Source: Escherichia phage S143_2
Direction: 5' to 3' (one strand)
Sequence record: MZ189261.1
DNA: 64,000 nucleotides
The position numbers and the translations under genes were made by a program. The notes beneath the pieces are model-generated. The model saw nothing but the letters and a program-made list of their open reading frames with translations. It searched no databases and was not told the DNA's origin. Below are positions 9,953 through 20,408 of the stretch, piece after piece (the stretch's first letter is position 1; every line of letters begins with the position of its first letter).

Positions 9953-11467
9953 ATGACTGACATTAAAGTACATTTTTATGATTTTAGTCACGTGCGCATT
10001 GAATGCGACGAAAGTACGTTTTACGAACTTCGTGACTTTTTTAGTTTTGAAGCTGACGGGTATAAATTTAACCCAAAATATCGCTATGGGCAATGGGATG
10101 GTAGAATTCGACTTTTAGATTACAATCGTTTGTTACCATATGGACTTGTAGGACAAATAAAAAAGTTCTGTAACAATATGAGTTATTCTGTATGGATTGA
10201 CCCTAAAATCTTTGAGACTGAAGACCTTACCAGGGAAGATTTTGACGCATGGCTTTCTAAACAAGAAATTTATTCGGGCAACGCCAAAATCGAACCACAT
10301 TGGTATCAAAAAGATGCAGTATACGAAGGATTAGTTAATCGTCGTCGAATTTTAAACCTTCCGACATCAGCAGGTAAATCACTAATCCAAGCACTTTTAG
10401 CTCGATATTATCTAGAGAACTATGAAGGTAAAATTCTCATTATCGTCCCTACAACAGCATTGACAACCCAGATGGCTAATGATTTTGTTGATTATCGCTT
10501 GTTTAGTCATTCGATGATTAAGAAAATTGGCGGTGGTGCTGATAAAGCGGACAGAGCTAAAAACGACGCTCCAATTATTGTTGGCACATGGCAAACAGTA
10601 GTTAAGCAGCCTAAAGAATGGTTCTCTCAATTCGGTATGATGATGAACGATGAATGCCACTTAGCGACAGGCAAAAGTATTTCTTCAATCATCTCAGGAT
10701 TAAATAATTGCATGTTTAAATTCGGTTTATCTGGCTCATTAAGAGACGGAAAAGCCAATGTAATGCAGTATGTAGGTATGTTCGGTGAAATCTTCCGTCC
10801 TGTTAGCACGTCTAAATTAATGGAAGATGGACAGGTAACTGAGCTTAAGATTAATAGTATTTTCCTTCGTTATCCAGATGAATTCGCCATTAAATTAAAA
10901 GGTAAAACATACCAAGAAGAAGTTAAAATTATTACCGGACTAAAACGTCGTACAAAGTGGATTGCTCAACTTTCAGTCAAATTGGCTAAGAAAGACGAGA
11001 ACGCCTTTGTAATGTTTAAACACGTTACACACGGTAAAGAAATATTTGAAGCTATTAAAGAGCTTGGATACGAAAAAGTTTATTACGTATCAGGTGAAGT
11101 TGATACTGAAACACGTAACGCGCTTAAAGTCATGGCAGAAAATGGTAAAGGCATTATTATTGTCGCATCATACGGAGTATTCTCTACTGGTATTTCAGTC
11201 AAGAATCTTCATCATGTTATTTTTGCTCATGGTGTTAAATCAAAAATTATCGTACTTCAAACCGTAGGTCGTGTGCTTCGTAAGCATGGTTCTAAAGCTG
11301 TTGCTACAGTTTGGGATCTCATCGATGACGCAGGTGTAAAACCTAAATCATTAAATACTAAAAAGAAGTATACTCATCTTAATTACTTGTTAAAACACGG
11401 TATTGATCGTATCCAACGTTACGCTGATGAGAAATTTAACTATGTAATGAAAACAATTAATTTATAA
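9953..11467 (+). CDS. uvsW: UvsW DNA/RNA helicase
   Basis: 504 aa; SF2 helicase motifs (Walker A PTSAGKS, DECH box MMNDECH); late promoter upstream. Confidence 0.9.
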   Translation: MTDIKVHFYDFSHVRIECDESTFYELRDFFSFEADGYKFNPKYRYGQWDGRIRLLDYNRLLPYGLVGQIKKFCNNMSYSVWIDPKIFETEDLTREDFDAWLSKQEIYSGNAKIEPHWYQKDAVYEGLVNRRRILNLPTSAGKSLIQALLARYYLENYEGKILIIVPTTALTTQMANDFVDYRLFSHSMIKKIGGGADKADRAKNDAPIIVGTWQTVVKQPKEWFSQFGMMMNDECHLATGKSISSIISGLNNCMFKFGLSGSLRDGKANVMQYVGMFGEIFRPVSTSKLMEDGQVTELKINSIFLRYPDEFAIKLKGKTYQEEVKIITGLKRRTKWIAQLSVKLAKKDENAFVMFKHVTHGKEIFEAIKELGYEKVYYVSGEVDTETRNALKVMAENGKGIIIVASYGVFSTGISVKNLHHVIFAHGVKSKIIVLQTVGRVLRKHGSKAVATVWDLIDDAGVKPKSLNTKKKYTHLNYLLKHGIDRIQRYADEKFNYVMKTINL

Positions 11468-11492
11468 GGGCTTCGGCCCTTAGGAGATAAAA

Positions 11493-11723
11493 ATGGTACT
11501 TGAATTTAAACAATTTTTATACGAAGCATCTATTGACGAATTCATGGGTAAAATTGCTAGTTGTCATACCTTAGAAGGGCTTGAAGAATTGGAAGCTTAT
11601 TATAAGAAACGTATAAAAGAAACGGAATTAAAAGATACAGATGATATTTCTGTCAGGGATGCCTTAGCAGGTAAGCGTGCCGAACTTGAAGGCGATGATG
11701 AGGATGCGGAAGAAGACTTCTAA
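11493..11723 (+). CDS. uvsW.1: UvsW.1 small acidic protein
   Basis: 76 aa ORF directly after uvsW with RBS AGGAGA; T4 synteny. Confidence 0.7.
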   Translation: MVLEFKQFLYEASIDEFMGKIASCHTLEGLEELEAYYKKRIKETELKDTDDISVRDALAGKRAELEGDDEDAEEDF

Positions 11724-11725
11724 TT

Positions 11726-11760
11726 AAAAAAAGGCCCGACCTTTTTGGAAGGGCCAAAAA
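11726..11760. terminator. Possible bidirectional terminator between uvsW.1 and uvsY.-2
   Basis: GGCCC...GGGCC stem with larger loop flanked by A and T runs; weaker than the others. Confidence 0.35.
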
Positions 11761-11780
11761 CCATAGGCAAAAAGGTAACA

Positions 11781-11948
11781 CTATAGTAAAAGTTGGGTTT
11801 CGTTCAATTGCTCTTCTGAACTTTCTGAAACCGGCAATTGTTGGACATAATTATAACAAGGACCAGGATGTGCTGGACCTTTGTCTGTTTCAACAACCAA
11901 TGCAGAATCGATTGGAGTTTTACAGACAACACAAATCTTATCTGACAT
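11781..11948 (-). CDS. Small Cys-containing protein, 55 aa (uvsY.-2 position)
   Basis: Not in ORF track (<60 aa); ATG at 11948 preceded by AGGAGG; C-x2-C...H-x3-C pattern; translated by hand. Confidence 0.5.
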   Translation of the reverse strand: MSDKICVVCKTPIDSALVVETDKGPAHPGPCYNYVQQLPVSESSEEQLNETQLLL

Positions 11949-11980
11949 GATTGCCTCCTAAGTTGAAATTACATATCTAT

Positions 11981-12205
11981 TTATACCACTCGCATGCACA
12001 TATCGATACCCATATCTTTTGTATAAAAATACTCGTCGATGTACCCGGCAAACTTCCCTTTAATATAAAGGACGTCTTCGCCACAAGGATGGTCTGCCAG
12101 GATACGAATATCCTGACGACGTAGACGATACTTTTCCATTAAGAATTTAATTTCAGTTTCAAATTCTTCATCATTATTAAAGGCATCTTCAATTGAATAA
12201 CGCAT
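11981..12205 (-). CDS. Hypothetical protein, 74 aa (uvsY.-1 position)
   Basis: ORF overlapping uvsY start; T4 synteny. Confidence 0.55.
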   Translation of the reverse strand: MRYSIEDAFNNDEEFETEIKFLMEKYRLRRQDIRILADHPCGEDVLYIKGKFAGYIDEYFYTKDMGIDMCMRVV

Positions 12206-12618
12206 TATTGCCCCGCTTCAAATTCTCGCATATCCTGGATATGTTTAAGTGCAAAACTACGAGATTTAACTGCGTCAAGTGCACCACTACAGAACTCAAG
12301 TAAAATTCCCCAGTATTGTAAAGTAGTCTCTATTTTAAGCACATCTTTATCTGCGGCCAAGACAGTTTTCATTTCAGATTTCTCGTATCGGTCCATACTG
12401 AATTCATCACCGTCACCTCGTCCCGAGTAGTAGTCTAATCTTGCTTTTAGAGCAGTTTTCTTCTGAGTCTCTATACGCAACATTTCTTTACGAATAAATG
12501 AGTGCTTACGTAGCCATTTGCTGTATAACTTAACATTATTCGCTGTCTCATATTGCAACTTTGTCATATCAATAGCTAAGTCTGCGTCTAACTCTTCCTG
12601 TAAATCTTCCAGCTTCAT
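12205..12618 (-). CDS. uvsY: UvsY recombination mediator protein
   Basis: Internal start MKLEDLQEEL gives 137 aa, matching T4 UvsY length and sequence as remembered; the 164-aa extension of the ORF track is rejected. Confidence 0.85.
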   Translation of the reverse strand: MKLEDLQEELDADLAIDMTKLQYETANNVKLYSKWLRKHSFIRKEMLRIETQKKTALKARLDYYSGRGDGDEFSMDRYEKSEMKTVLAADKDVLKIETTLQYWGILLEFCSGALDAVKSRSFALKHIQDMREFEAGQ

Positions 12619-12698
12619 AATGTTCTCTCTTTTAACTAATAATCTCCCGGCTGTATCGGAAGGACCTAAAACCATTATACATAGGTTGCCTTGAAGCA

Positions 12699-13097
12699 TT
12701 ACACTCTATTGCTTGACGCTAACTGAAGTTTAATTTGTTCAATATCGTCAGGGTTGTCTACGACCGAAAATCTAATCTCTACTATAACCGTATAGTCATC
12801 ATATACTGGCGTTACACTTACAGAAAGTTTGTCGATGCGTGGTTCATAGTTACGAACAGCCGCCTGGATATTACGCTCAATCGTATCGGCTGTAAGTGGT
12901 GTCATGTTCTCGAAAAGTTCGTCGACCAAATCGCATCCAAATTCAGGGTCGAAGGGGCGTGAGCCTTTTCTAGTTGTCACTATACCAAGAAGACTATTTT
13001 TAATAGAACGAAGTCCTACAGAACGAGCAACGTCCTTGTTCCAATCCATACGCATTTCTGGGTCGATATCTGAATAAAGTTTATTGATATTAGACAT
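12699..13097 (-). CDS. 25: Baseplate wedge protein gp25
   Basis: 132 aa, same length as T4 gp25; T4 synteny. Confidence 0.9.
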   Translation of the reverse strand: MSNINKLYSDIDPEMRMDWNKDVARSVGLRSIKNSLLGIVTTRKGSRPFDPEFGCDLVDELFENMTPLTADTIERNIQAAVRNYEPRIDKLSVSVTPVYDDYTVIVEIRFSVVDNPDDIEQIKLQLASSNRV

Positions 13098-13723
13098 TAT
13101 AGTAACTCAAAGAATTCTTTGAGGCCTCGTATTGTGTGAACGTGTGACGCCCCACATTTGGGACATTTAATAGGGGTTGCCAGATAAATTGATGGCGATA
13201 CTAAAAGATTTTTAATATTGATCATGTCATCTTCTGTTATAAGGCCGTAAAGGTCGTTTATTTCTGCTTCAGTTAAATCTTCAACAGGGATGGACTCTCC
13301 ATTGACAAAAACGGCCTCAATACATGAAGCAATCATTAATGCGATATTTTTATCGTCAAATAATTTAGGTTGACGGAACTTAATTTTAATACCACTAAAC
13401 GAATACCAGGGATCGGCCTGTTCATCCAATTGAGTGTGCAATAAATTCATATAGACTTGAAATGAATGCCCACAGGAACAATTCCAGGTGTGTTCTTGAT
13501 TCACTTCACCTAACGAATGTGCCCACAGATTTACCAACAATAGCTCGGCTTCTTGTTTAGTCAAGTTTTTAGCGTTAGAGCAATTAGTGATAATATTGTT
13601 CACTGCTGATTCAATAGTACCGGTAGCCCGCGCACCAATGAGTCCTAAATATTCTTTTAAAGTAAAGGCTCTACAATTCACTTCTTTATCGCCTAAACGT
13701 ACGGTAAACGTATATTTGTACAT
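13097..13723 (-). CDS. 26: Baseplate hub protein gp26
   Basis: 208 aa (T4 gp26 208 aa); RBS AAGGAG; late promoter upstream. Confidence 0.85.
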   Translation of the reverse strand: MYKYTFTVRLGDKEVNCRAFTLKEYLGLIGARATGTIESAVNNIITNCSNAKNLTKQEAELLLVNLWAHSLGEVNQEHTWNCSCGHSFQVYMNLLHTQLDEQADPWYSFSGIKIKFRQPKLFDDKNIALMIASCIEAVFVNGESIPVEDLTEAEINDLYGLITEDDMINIKNLLVSPSIYLATPIKCPKCGASHVHTIRGLKEFFELL

Positions 13724-13741
13724 GTTAACTCCTTTATTGTG

Positions 13742-13753
13742 TATTTATAAATA
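13742..13753. promoter_or_regulatory. Bidirectional palindromic late promoter TATTTATAAATA (genes 26 and 51)
   Basis: 12-bp perfect palindrome containing TATAAATA on both strands, between divergent genes 26 and 51. Confidence 0.5.
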
Positions 13754-13770
13754 ATAGAAAAGGAGTAATT

Positions 13771-14523
13771 ATGGCTAATATAATTCGTTGTAAATTACCG
13801 GATGGTGTTCATCGTTTTAAGCCGTTCACTGTGGCGGATTATAGAGACTTTTTACTAGTTAGAAATGATATCGAACATCGTTCGCCACAAGAACAAAAAG
13901 AAATAATTGCCGATCTGATTGATGATTATTTTGGCGAGTACCCTAAAACATGGCAACCATTTATATTCCTGCAAGTTTTTGCAGGCTCTATAGGCAAAAC
14001 AAAAGTTCCCGTTATTTTCACTTGCCCTAAATGCTCTAAAGAAAAAACTGCACCATTTGAGATATATCAAAAAGAACTAGTCGAACCTGAACTTGATGTT
14101 GCTGGTATAAAAATACGTTTTTCTTTCCCTGAAAAGTTTTATGACAATAAGGCATTAATGATAAGTGAAAACATAAAAGAAATATATTATAATGATGAAT
14201 GGTACCCATGGAATGATTTGACTGAAGAGAACCAAATCCAAGTAATAGAAGCAATAGACATTGACTCGCTCGAGAAGGTTATTGCTTCTATGAACCCTAT
14301 TAATTTGACCCTTAGATTAGGTTGTTGTGAACGTCATGTTAAAACATATACTGATATCTTAGAGGTTTTTAAATTGTTAGTTAACCCTGATGAGATTTTT
14401 ACATTCTATCAGATAAACCATTCACTAGTAAAGAGTCAATACACATTGGATTCTATTATGCAAATGATTCCTGTTGAACGTGGTATTGCTTTAACATTAG
14501 TAGAAAAGGACCATAAAAAATGA
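13771..14523 (+). CDS. 51: Baseplate hub assembly catalyst gp51
   Basis: 250 aa; divergent from gene 26; RBS AAAGGAG; T4 synteny. Confidence 0.85.
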   Translation: MANIIRCKLPDGVHRFKPFTVADYRDFLLVRNDIEHRSPQEQKEIIADLIDDYFGEYPKTWQPFIFLQVFAGSIGKTKVPVIFTCPKCSKEKTAPFEIYQKELVEPELDVAGIKIRFSFPEKFYDNKALMISENIKEIYYNDEWYPWNDLTEENQIQVIEAIDIDSLEKVIASMNPINLTLRLGCCERHVKTYTDILEVFKLLVNPDEIFTFYQINHSLVKSQYTLDSIMQMIPVERGIALTLVEKDHKK

Positions 14524-15692
14524 CAGTATTCCAACGTCCAGGATATCCTAACTTAAGCGTTAAATTATATCAAGATTATTCGGCTTGGCAAGAAAATAGA
14601 TATGTTGAACTCGCAGCAACAATAACAACTTTAACCATGCGAGATTCGCTATATGGAAGAAATGAAGGGATTCTTCAATTTTATGACACTAAAAACATCC
14701 ACACTAAAATGGATGGTAGACAGATAGTCCAAATCTCTGTTTCAAATTCAAACACACCTCTCCAAGTTAGAACTCGAATTTATGGATGTAGACATTATTC
14801 TGTGTCTGTGGACTCAAAAGGTGACAATATTATTGCAATTGAGCTTGGAACAATACATTCTATAGAGAACCTTAAATTTGGGCGACCATTCTTCTCAGAC
14901 GCAGGAGAATCTATACGTGAAATGTTAGGTGTCATATATAAAGACCGTACGTTAATTACTCCGCCAATAAACACTATTAATGCTTATGTTCCTGATATTC
15001 CTTGGACAAGCACATTTGATGATTATTTGGCATATGTCAGAGAATTAGGACTTGCTACAGCGAGTGATAAGTTCGTATTCGTATGGCAAGATATTTTAGG
15101 CGTAAACATGATTGACTATGATACTCTTATTGGTCAGGAAGGCATTAAGATGGTTGTAGGTGAGCCAAATACTGTAGGTCAGTATATTCAAGAGCTTGAG
15201 TATCCATTAGTATGGGATTTCACCTGGATGACTAAAGCTAACCAATTTACAAGAGACCCTATTAAAAACGCCACGATATTCGCTCATTCATTTTTAGATA
15301 CATCTATTCCGGTTATTGTTACAGGCGATGGTGATAATGCTATTCTTGTGTCAAGATCAGGTGGATATTCCGAAATGACCTATCGTAATGGATTTGAAGA
15401 AGCAAGTCGTCTTCAGACAATGGCCCAATATGACGGATATGCTAAATGCACTACTACAGGTAATTTTAACATAACGCCTGCTACTAAAATTATATTTGTT
15501 GACCAAAAGAACCAATTCAAATCCGAATTTTACGTGGATGAAGTTATTCATGAGTTATCAAATAACAACTCACAAACTCATCTGTACATGTTTACCAACT
15601 CAATGGTGTTAGAACCTGTTAACCCAGTTAAGGTTAAAAATGAACTTAAATCTGATTCTACCTCTAAAGAAAATAATTCTACCACAGTCTAA
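14520..15692 (+). CDS. 27: Baseplate hub protein gp27
   Basis: 390 aa (T4 gp27 391 aa); T4 synteny. Confidence 0.9.
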   Translation: MTVFQRPGYPNLSVKLYQDYSAWQENRYVELAATITTLTMRDSLYGRNEGILQFYDTKNIHTKMDGRQIVQISVSNSNTPLQVRTRIYGCRHYSVSVDSKGDNIIAIELGTIHSIENLKFGRPFFSDAGESIREMLGVIYKDRTLITPPINTINAYVPDIPWTSTFDDYLAYVRELGLATASDKFVFVWQDILGVNMIDYDTLIGQEGIKMVVGEPNTVGQYIQELEYPLVWDFTWMTKANQFTRDPIKNATIFAHSFLDTSIPVIVTGDGDNAILVSRSGGYSEMTYRNGFEEASRLQTMAQYDGYAKCTTTGNFNITPATKIIFVDQKNQFKSEFYVDEVIHELSNNNSQTHLYMFTNSMVLEPVNPVKVKNELKSDSTSKENNSTTV

Positions 15693-16173
15693 TAAAAAGG
15701 TAATGATTCCCAAATTAGGGCTTAAACATTATAATCTTTTAAAGGACGTTAAAGGCCCTGACGAAAACATGAAAATCTTAGCTGATTCTATTTGTAAAAA
15801 TATGAGTCCAGCAGATTTTGATTTTGCATGTCTACACATATTGGAATTTAATAATAAACTTAATTCTGAAGTTGAAAAAGATGGATTCACTTATAAACTA
15901 GATGACGTCTATGTATGCCAACGAACAGAATTCCAATTTCAAGGTAATACTTTTTATTTTAGACCCCCAGGCAAATTTGAACAATTCGCTACAATCAGTG
16001 AAATGCTATCAAATTGCTTAATAAAAGTTAATGACGAAGAGAAAGAAATTTCTTTCCTTGAGATGCCTGCTTTTGTAATCAAATGGGCAGAAGACCTTTC
16101 GACAACTATTGCTATTCCAGGCCCTAATGGCCCTATTAAGGGTATAGCAGAAATTATTGGATTGCTTGAATGA
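15640..16173 (+). CDS. 28: Baseplate hub distal protein gp28
   Basis: 177 aa, same length as T4 gp28 and similar N-terminus as remembered; 53-nt overlap with gene 27. Confidence 0.85.
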   Translation: MNLNLILPLKKIILPQSNKKVMIPKLGLKHYNLLKDVKGPDENMKILADSICKNMSPADFDFACLHILEFNNKLNSEVEKDGFTYKLDDVYVCQRTEFQFQGNTFYFRPPGKFEQFATISEMLSNCLIKVNDEEKEISFLEMPAFVIKWAEDLSTTIAIPGPNGPIKGIAEIIGLLE

Positions 16174-17942
16174 AACCTGAAGAAATGAAATCCATGCGTA
16201 GAAATAAGGTCATTGCCGATAATAAACCACAAAAAGTAGCTGCAACAGCAGCTACTGATTCATTAGAAGCATTGAATAACATTTCATCAAAACTGGACGA
16301 TGTCCAAGCCGCGTCTGAACTCACATCACAAAGTGTAGAAGATAAAGGCAATGGAATTATTGAATCAATTGGAGACTTAAAGAATTCGACAGATAATACT
16401 GCTGAAGGCACAGAGCTTATCGCAGAAGTTATTGAAAAACAAACTGAAGTCACTAAAAGTATAAACGAAGTTTCTAGTGCAATAAGCTCCAAGTTAGACC
16501 GATTAGCTACATTATTAGAGCAAAAATTACAAACATCTACCGCTATTCAAAATACAGGAGGCACCTCTCTTGAAGTAATTGAGAACGCAATACCTGTTAA
16601 AGTGGTTGAGAATGAAACTTATGATGAGCTGTTTAAAGCATTACCTACACCTGAAAAGATTGATAATAAGCCAGACGAAGATTTCTTCCCAGCCCCGGTT
16701 CAAGAAAGTGCTAATTCTACTTCCGATTCTAAAGGCGGGATTAGCTTTAAATTGAGCGATAAAATTGCAATGCTCACCAAAACAGTTCAAGCCGGGTTTA
16801 ATAAATCAATATCAATTTCTGACAGAATTGCTGGAATGCTTTTCAAATACACTATAACGGCTGCTATTGAAGCAGCAAAAATGGCCGCACTTATTCTTGG
16901 TATTGTTATCGGTATTGATTTATTGATAGTCCATTTCAAATATTGGACAGACAAGTTCACTTCTGCCTGGGATTTATTTGATGAAAACTTTACTAAATTC
17001 TCCGATGAAGCTAAAGAGTGGGGTAAATTCTTAAGTGATATATTCACTTCTATTGACTCTATAAAACAATTGTGGGAAGCTGGAGACTGGGGTGGTTTAA
17101 CCGTTGCTATTGTCAAAGGTGTAGGAACAGCGTTAATGAACTTAGGTGAACTAATTCAATTAGGAATGGCTAAACTCTCTGCGTCTATATTGCGTGCTAT
17201 AGGTTTTGGTGATACCGCAGACGAAATAGAAGGACGTGCTTTGGAAGGATTCCAAGAAACTACTGGGAACAAATTAAAGAAAGAAGACCAAGAGAAAGTC
17301 GCTAAATATCAAATGAAGCGTGACGATGGGGAATTAGGAACCGTTTCTAAAGGTCTTGATATGTTACAACGCGGCAAAACATTCGTTACTAACTGGGTTC
17401 GTGGTAATGACAATAAAGAAGAGTTTAGTACAAGCGATGAGCGTGCTGCGGAATCGGCAAAATTAAAAGAGTTACCTGAAGAGGAGCGTAAAGAGGCGTA
17501 TATAAAAGCTAATGAAACTCGTGCGGCACTGGTTAGATTTGAGGATTATATCGATAAAATCGATATGACTAATCCGGAAAATGCTAAAAACGTCGAGAAG
17601 TCTTATGCTGATTTAAGTAAACTTATTAAAGACCCTGAACTTAATAAAACTCCTGTTGTTAAAAAGGAATTAGATGCTAGATTTGAAAAGCTAAATAATA
17701 AAATGGCTGAAGCCAAAAAGGCTCAGACAACAGTTAAGCCTGAATCTTCGACTAAATCTCCGGAAGCAAAACAAGTTCAGTCAATAGAGAAAGGACGTGC
17801 TTCTGAATCTAAACAACAGCAACCGGTAGCGGCGATTAGTAACACAAATAATGTCGTCAAAAAGAATACCGTAGTCCAGAATATGACCCCTGTAACAAGT
17901 ACAACGGCTCCTGGAATTTTCCATGCCACCGGTGTTAATTAA
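16170..17942 (+). CDS. 29: Baseplate hub / tail length determinator gp29
   Basis: 590 aa (T4 gp29 590 aa); T4 synteny. Confidence 0.9.
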   Translation: MKPEEMKSMRRNKVIADNKPQKVAATAATDSLEALNNISSKLDDVQAASELTSQSVEDKGNGIIESIGDLKNSTDNTAEGTELIAEVIEKQTEVTKSINEVSSAISSKLDRLATLLEQKLQTSTAIQNTGGTSLEVIENAIPVKVVENETYDELFKALPTPEKIDNKPDEDFFPAPVQESANSTSDSKGGISFKLSDKIAMLTKTVQAGFNKSISISDRIAGMLFKYTITAAIEAAKMAALILGIVIGIDLLIVHFKYWTDKFTSAWDLFDENFTKFSDEAKEWGKFLSDIFTSIDSIKQLWEAGDWGGLTVAIVKGVGTALMNLGELIQLGMAKLSASILRAIGFGDTADEIEGRALEGFQETTGNKLKKEDQEKVAKYQMKRDDGELGTVSKGLDMLQRGKTFVTNWVRGNDNKEEFSTSDERAAESAKLKELPEEERKEAYIKANETRAALVRFEDYIDKIDMTNPENAKNVEKSYADLSKLIKDPELNKTPVVKKELDARFEKLNNKMAEAKKAQTTVKPESSTKSPEAKQVQSIEKGRASESKQQQPVAAISNTNNVVKKNTVVQNMTPVTSTTAPGIFHATGVN

Positions 17943-17950
17943 GGATTATT

Positions 17951-19060
17951 ATGATTAGTGTAAAAGAAATAGTAGTAGATGCAAAGGATTTAAATAAAGC
18001 AATCCCAGTCTCAGAAAGTGCTGGGCAAAGCACTAAAACCGAAACAACTACTAAAACTTATGTTGCTCAATTTCCTACAGGAAGAGCAGCCGGAAATGAC
18101 TCCACAGGAGACTTCCAGGTAACAGACCTTTATAAGAATGGATTATTATTTACCGCGTACAATATGTCTGCACGCGATTCAGGATCCCTCAGGAATTTAC
18201 GTCCGGCATACGCCGGCACTTCATCTAACGGTATCATATCAGATTTAACTGATAATGTGAAAGATGCAGTGACTAAATTCTCTAATGGGTTGCTTCCTGC
18301 TGGAGCTAATAAACCTACTATAAATAAAACTCCTGTTGCTAATATACTTTTGCCACGTTCCAAATCTGACGTTGATACAACTTCACATCGTTTTAATGAT
18401 GTTGGTGATAGCCTTATTACTAAAGGTGGAGGTACTGCTACGGGTGTTTTAAGTAACATTGCTTCTACTGCAGTTTTTGGTGCATTAGATTCTATTACTC
18501 AAGGGCTTATGGCTGATAATAACGAACAGATTTATACGACTTCTCGTAGTATGTATGGCGGTGCAGAGAACCGTACTAAAGTCTTTACATGGGATTTAAC
18601 TCCGCGTTCAACTGAAGACCTTATGGCTATTATAAACATTTACCAGTATTTTAACTATTTCTCATATGGTGAGACCGGTAAATCACAATACGCCCAAGAG
18701 ATTAAAAGTTATTTAGACGAATGGTACCGTTCAACGTTTATTGAGCCTATGACGCCTGATGATGCAGTAAAAAATAAGACATTGTTTGAAAAGATTACTG
18801 CGTCATTAACAAATGTATTAGTTGTAAGCAACCCTACAATTTGGATGGTTAAAAACTTTGGTTATACGTCTAAATTTGATGGATTAACTGACGTATTTGG
18901 CCCATGTCAAATTCAAAGCGTACGTTTTGATAAAACTCCAAATGGACAATTTAATGGTCTTGCTGTTGCTCCTAACTTACCGTCAACATTTACGTTAGAG
19001 ATAACAATGCGAGAAATTATTACATTAAACCGTTCTTCACTTTATGCGGGGACTTTCTAA
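17951..19060 (+). CDS. 48: Baseplate-tail tube junction protein gp48
   Basis: 369 aa; T4 synteny. Confidence 0.85.
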   Translation: MISVKEIVVDAKDLNKAIPVSESAGQSTKTETTTKTYVAQFPTGRAAGNDSTGDFQVTDLYKNGLLFTAYNMSARDSGSLRNLRPAYAGTSSNGIISDLTDNVKDAVTKFSNGLLPAGANKPTINKTPVANILLPRSKSDVDTTSHRFNDVGDSLITKGGGTATGVLSNIASTAVFGALDSITQGLMADNNEQIYTTSRSMYGGAENRTKVFTWDLTPRSTEDLMAIINIYQYFNYFSYGETGKSQYAQEIKSYLDEWYRSTFIEPMTPDDAVKNKTLFEKITASLTNVLVVSNPTIWMVKNFGYTSKFDGLTDVFGPCQIQSVRFDKTPNGQFNGLAVAPNLPSTFTLEITMREIITLNRSSLYAGTF

Positions 19061-20022
19061 TGTACTCTTTAGAAGAATTTAATAATCAAGCTATAAATGC
19101 AGATTTCCAACGAAACAATATGTTTAGTTGTGTATTTGCTACTACACCATCAACCAAATCGTCTTCACTAATTTCGTCAATTGGTAGTTTTGCTTATAAT
19201 AACTTAGGGTTGGATTCTGATTGGTTAGGATTGACTCAAGGTGATATCAATCAGGGCGTAACAACCCTGATTACAGCAGGAACACAGAAATTAATTCGAA
19301 AATCAGGTGTAAGTAAATATCTGATTGGAGCAATGAGTCAACGTACGGTACAAAGCTTGTTAGGCGAGTTCACAGTAGGATCTTATCTGATAGACTTCTT
19401 CAATATGGCATATAATAATACAGGTTTAATGATTTATTCTGTAAAAATGCCTGAGAACCGATTATCTTATGAAACAGATTTCAACCATAACTCCCCGAAC
19501 ATCCGAATTACCGGCCGTGAAATGGACCCGTTAGTAATAAGCTTTAGAATGGATTCCGAAGCATCTAACTTTAGAGCAATGCAAGACTGGGTAAACTCAG
19601 TCCAAGACCCTGTAACAGGTCTTCGTGCTTTACCACAAGACGTCGAAGCAGATATTCAGGTTAATTTACATGCACGAAATGGTTTACCGCATACCGCTGT
19701 CATGTTCACCGGATGTATTCCTGTTAGTGTCTCTTCTCCTGAGTTAACGTATGATGGTGATAATCAGATAACAGTTTTTGATGTAACATTTGCTTATCGC
19801 GTTATGCAATCAGGTGCTGTAAATAGACAGGCTGCTTTAGAATGGCTGGAATCAGGACTTATTAGTAGTGTTTCAGGAATGTTTGGAAATAATCAGAATG
19901 ATTCTGGTCTAGGAAGTGCGGTATCAAGACTTTCTAGATTAGGTGGGACTGCCGGAGGTGTGTCTAATATAAACACATTGACAGGTGTGGTGAATTCTGC
20001 GTCAAGAGTTTTAGGACTATAA
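19060..20022 (+). CDS. 54: Baseplate-tail tube initiator gp54
   Basis: 320 aa (T4 gp54 320 aa); T4 synteny. Confidence 0.85.
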   Translation: MYSLEEFNNQAINADFQRNNMFSCVFATTPSTKSSSLISSIGSFAYNNLGLDSDWLGLTQGDINQGVTTLITAGTQKLIRKSGVSKYLIGAMSQRTVQSLLGEFTVGSYLIDFFNMAYNNTGLMIYSVKMPENRLSYETDFNHNSPNIRITGREMDPLVISFRMDSEASNFRAMQDWVNSVQDPVTGLRALPQDVEADIQVNLHARNGLPHTAVMFTGCIPVSVSSPELTYDGDNQITVFDVTFAYRVMQSGAVNRQAALEWLESGLISSVSGMFGNNQNDSGLGSAVSRLSRLGGTAGGVSNINTLTGVVNSASRVLGL

Positions 20023-20050
20023 AGAAAAAGGGAGACAACGTCTCCCTTTA
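20022..20050. terminator. Terminator between gene 54 (+) and alt.-1 ORF (-)
   Basis: GGGAGAC-AAC-GUCUCCC hairpin (20030..20046) flanked by A-rich and T-rich tracts. Confidence 0.55.
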
Positions 20051-20055
20051 GGGGT

Positions 20056-20349
20056 TTATTTACGGAATGAAAGGAATGCTGGTGCTCGGAATGGAGTATC
20101 ATCTTTAGAGTATTTAACTAATACGACCATTGGTACCTCTGTTTCTAAATGACCCGTCACTACACCGACAAAAATTTGATCAGTGTGTTCAGGGTCACGA
20201 AAGTTTTTAAGAGGTTCCATAGCAATATGGAATGCACCTGGGAATACTCGATTCAATTCGTCAATCACAGCTTCGTTAAAAGCATCATCCGCTGGGATAA
20301 CATCTTCAACTACTAGTTCTTGACCATTAAAGCGAAGCATAGATTTCAT
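20056..20349 (-). CDS. Hypothetical protein, 97 aa (alt.-1 position)
   Basis: Start moved to internal ATG at 20349 (RBS GAGGA), which lies downstream of an early promoter; ORF-track start at 20421 would lie upstream of that promoter. Confidence 0.5.
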   Translation of the reverse strand: MKSMLRFNGQELVVEDVIPADDAFNEAVIDELNRVFPGAFHIAMEPLKNFRDPEHTDQIFVGVVTGHLETEVPMVVLVKYSKDDTPFRAPAFLSFRK

Positions 20350-20378
20350 AACGTTTTCCTCATGTTGTTGATGGGATG

Positions 20379-20408
20379 ATAGTATCACACATCCATGTGT
20401 TTGTAAAC
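20379..20408 (-). promoter_or_regulatory. Early promoter (GTTTAC / TACTAT)
   Basis: Pattern inside 3' end of alt, upstream of ORF 20056..20349. Confidence 0.45.

Noticed and set aside
11466-11481. Hairpin AAGGGC-UUCG-GCCCUU immediately after the uvsW stop
   Set aside because: No U tract follows and the uvsW.1 RBS is directly downstream; more likely an mRNA structural element than a terminator
12619-12699. N-terminal extensions of ORF-track calls (uvsY as 164 aa; likewise frd 223 aa, dsbA 95 aa, ORFs 20056..20421, 34192..34755, 42165..42656, 56780..57166, 62234..62854)
   Set aside because: Internal ATGs give the lengths expected from T4 homologs and have proper Shine-Dalgarno sequences; in several cases the extended start would lie upstream of the gene's own promoter
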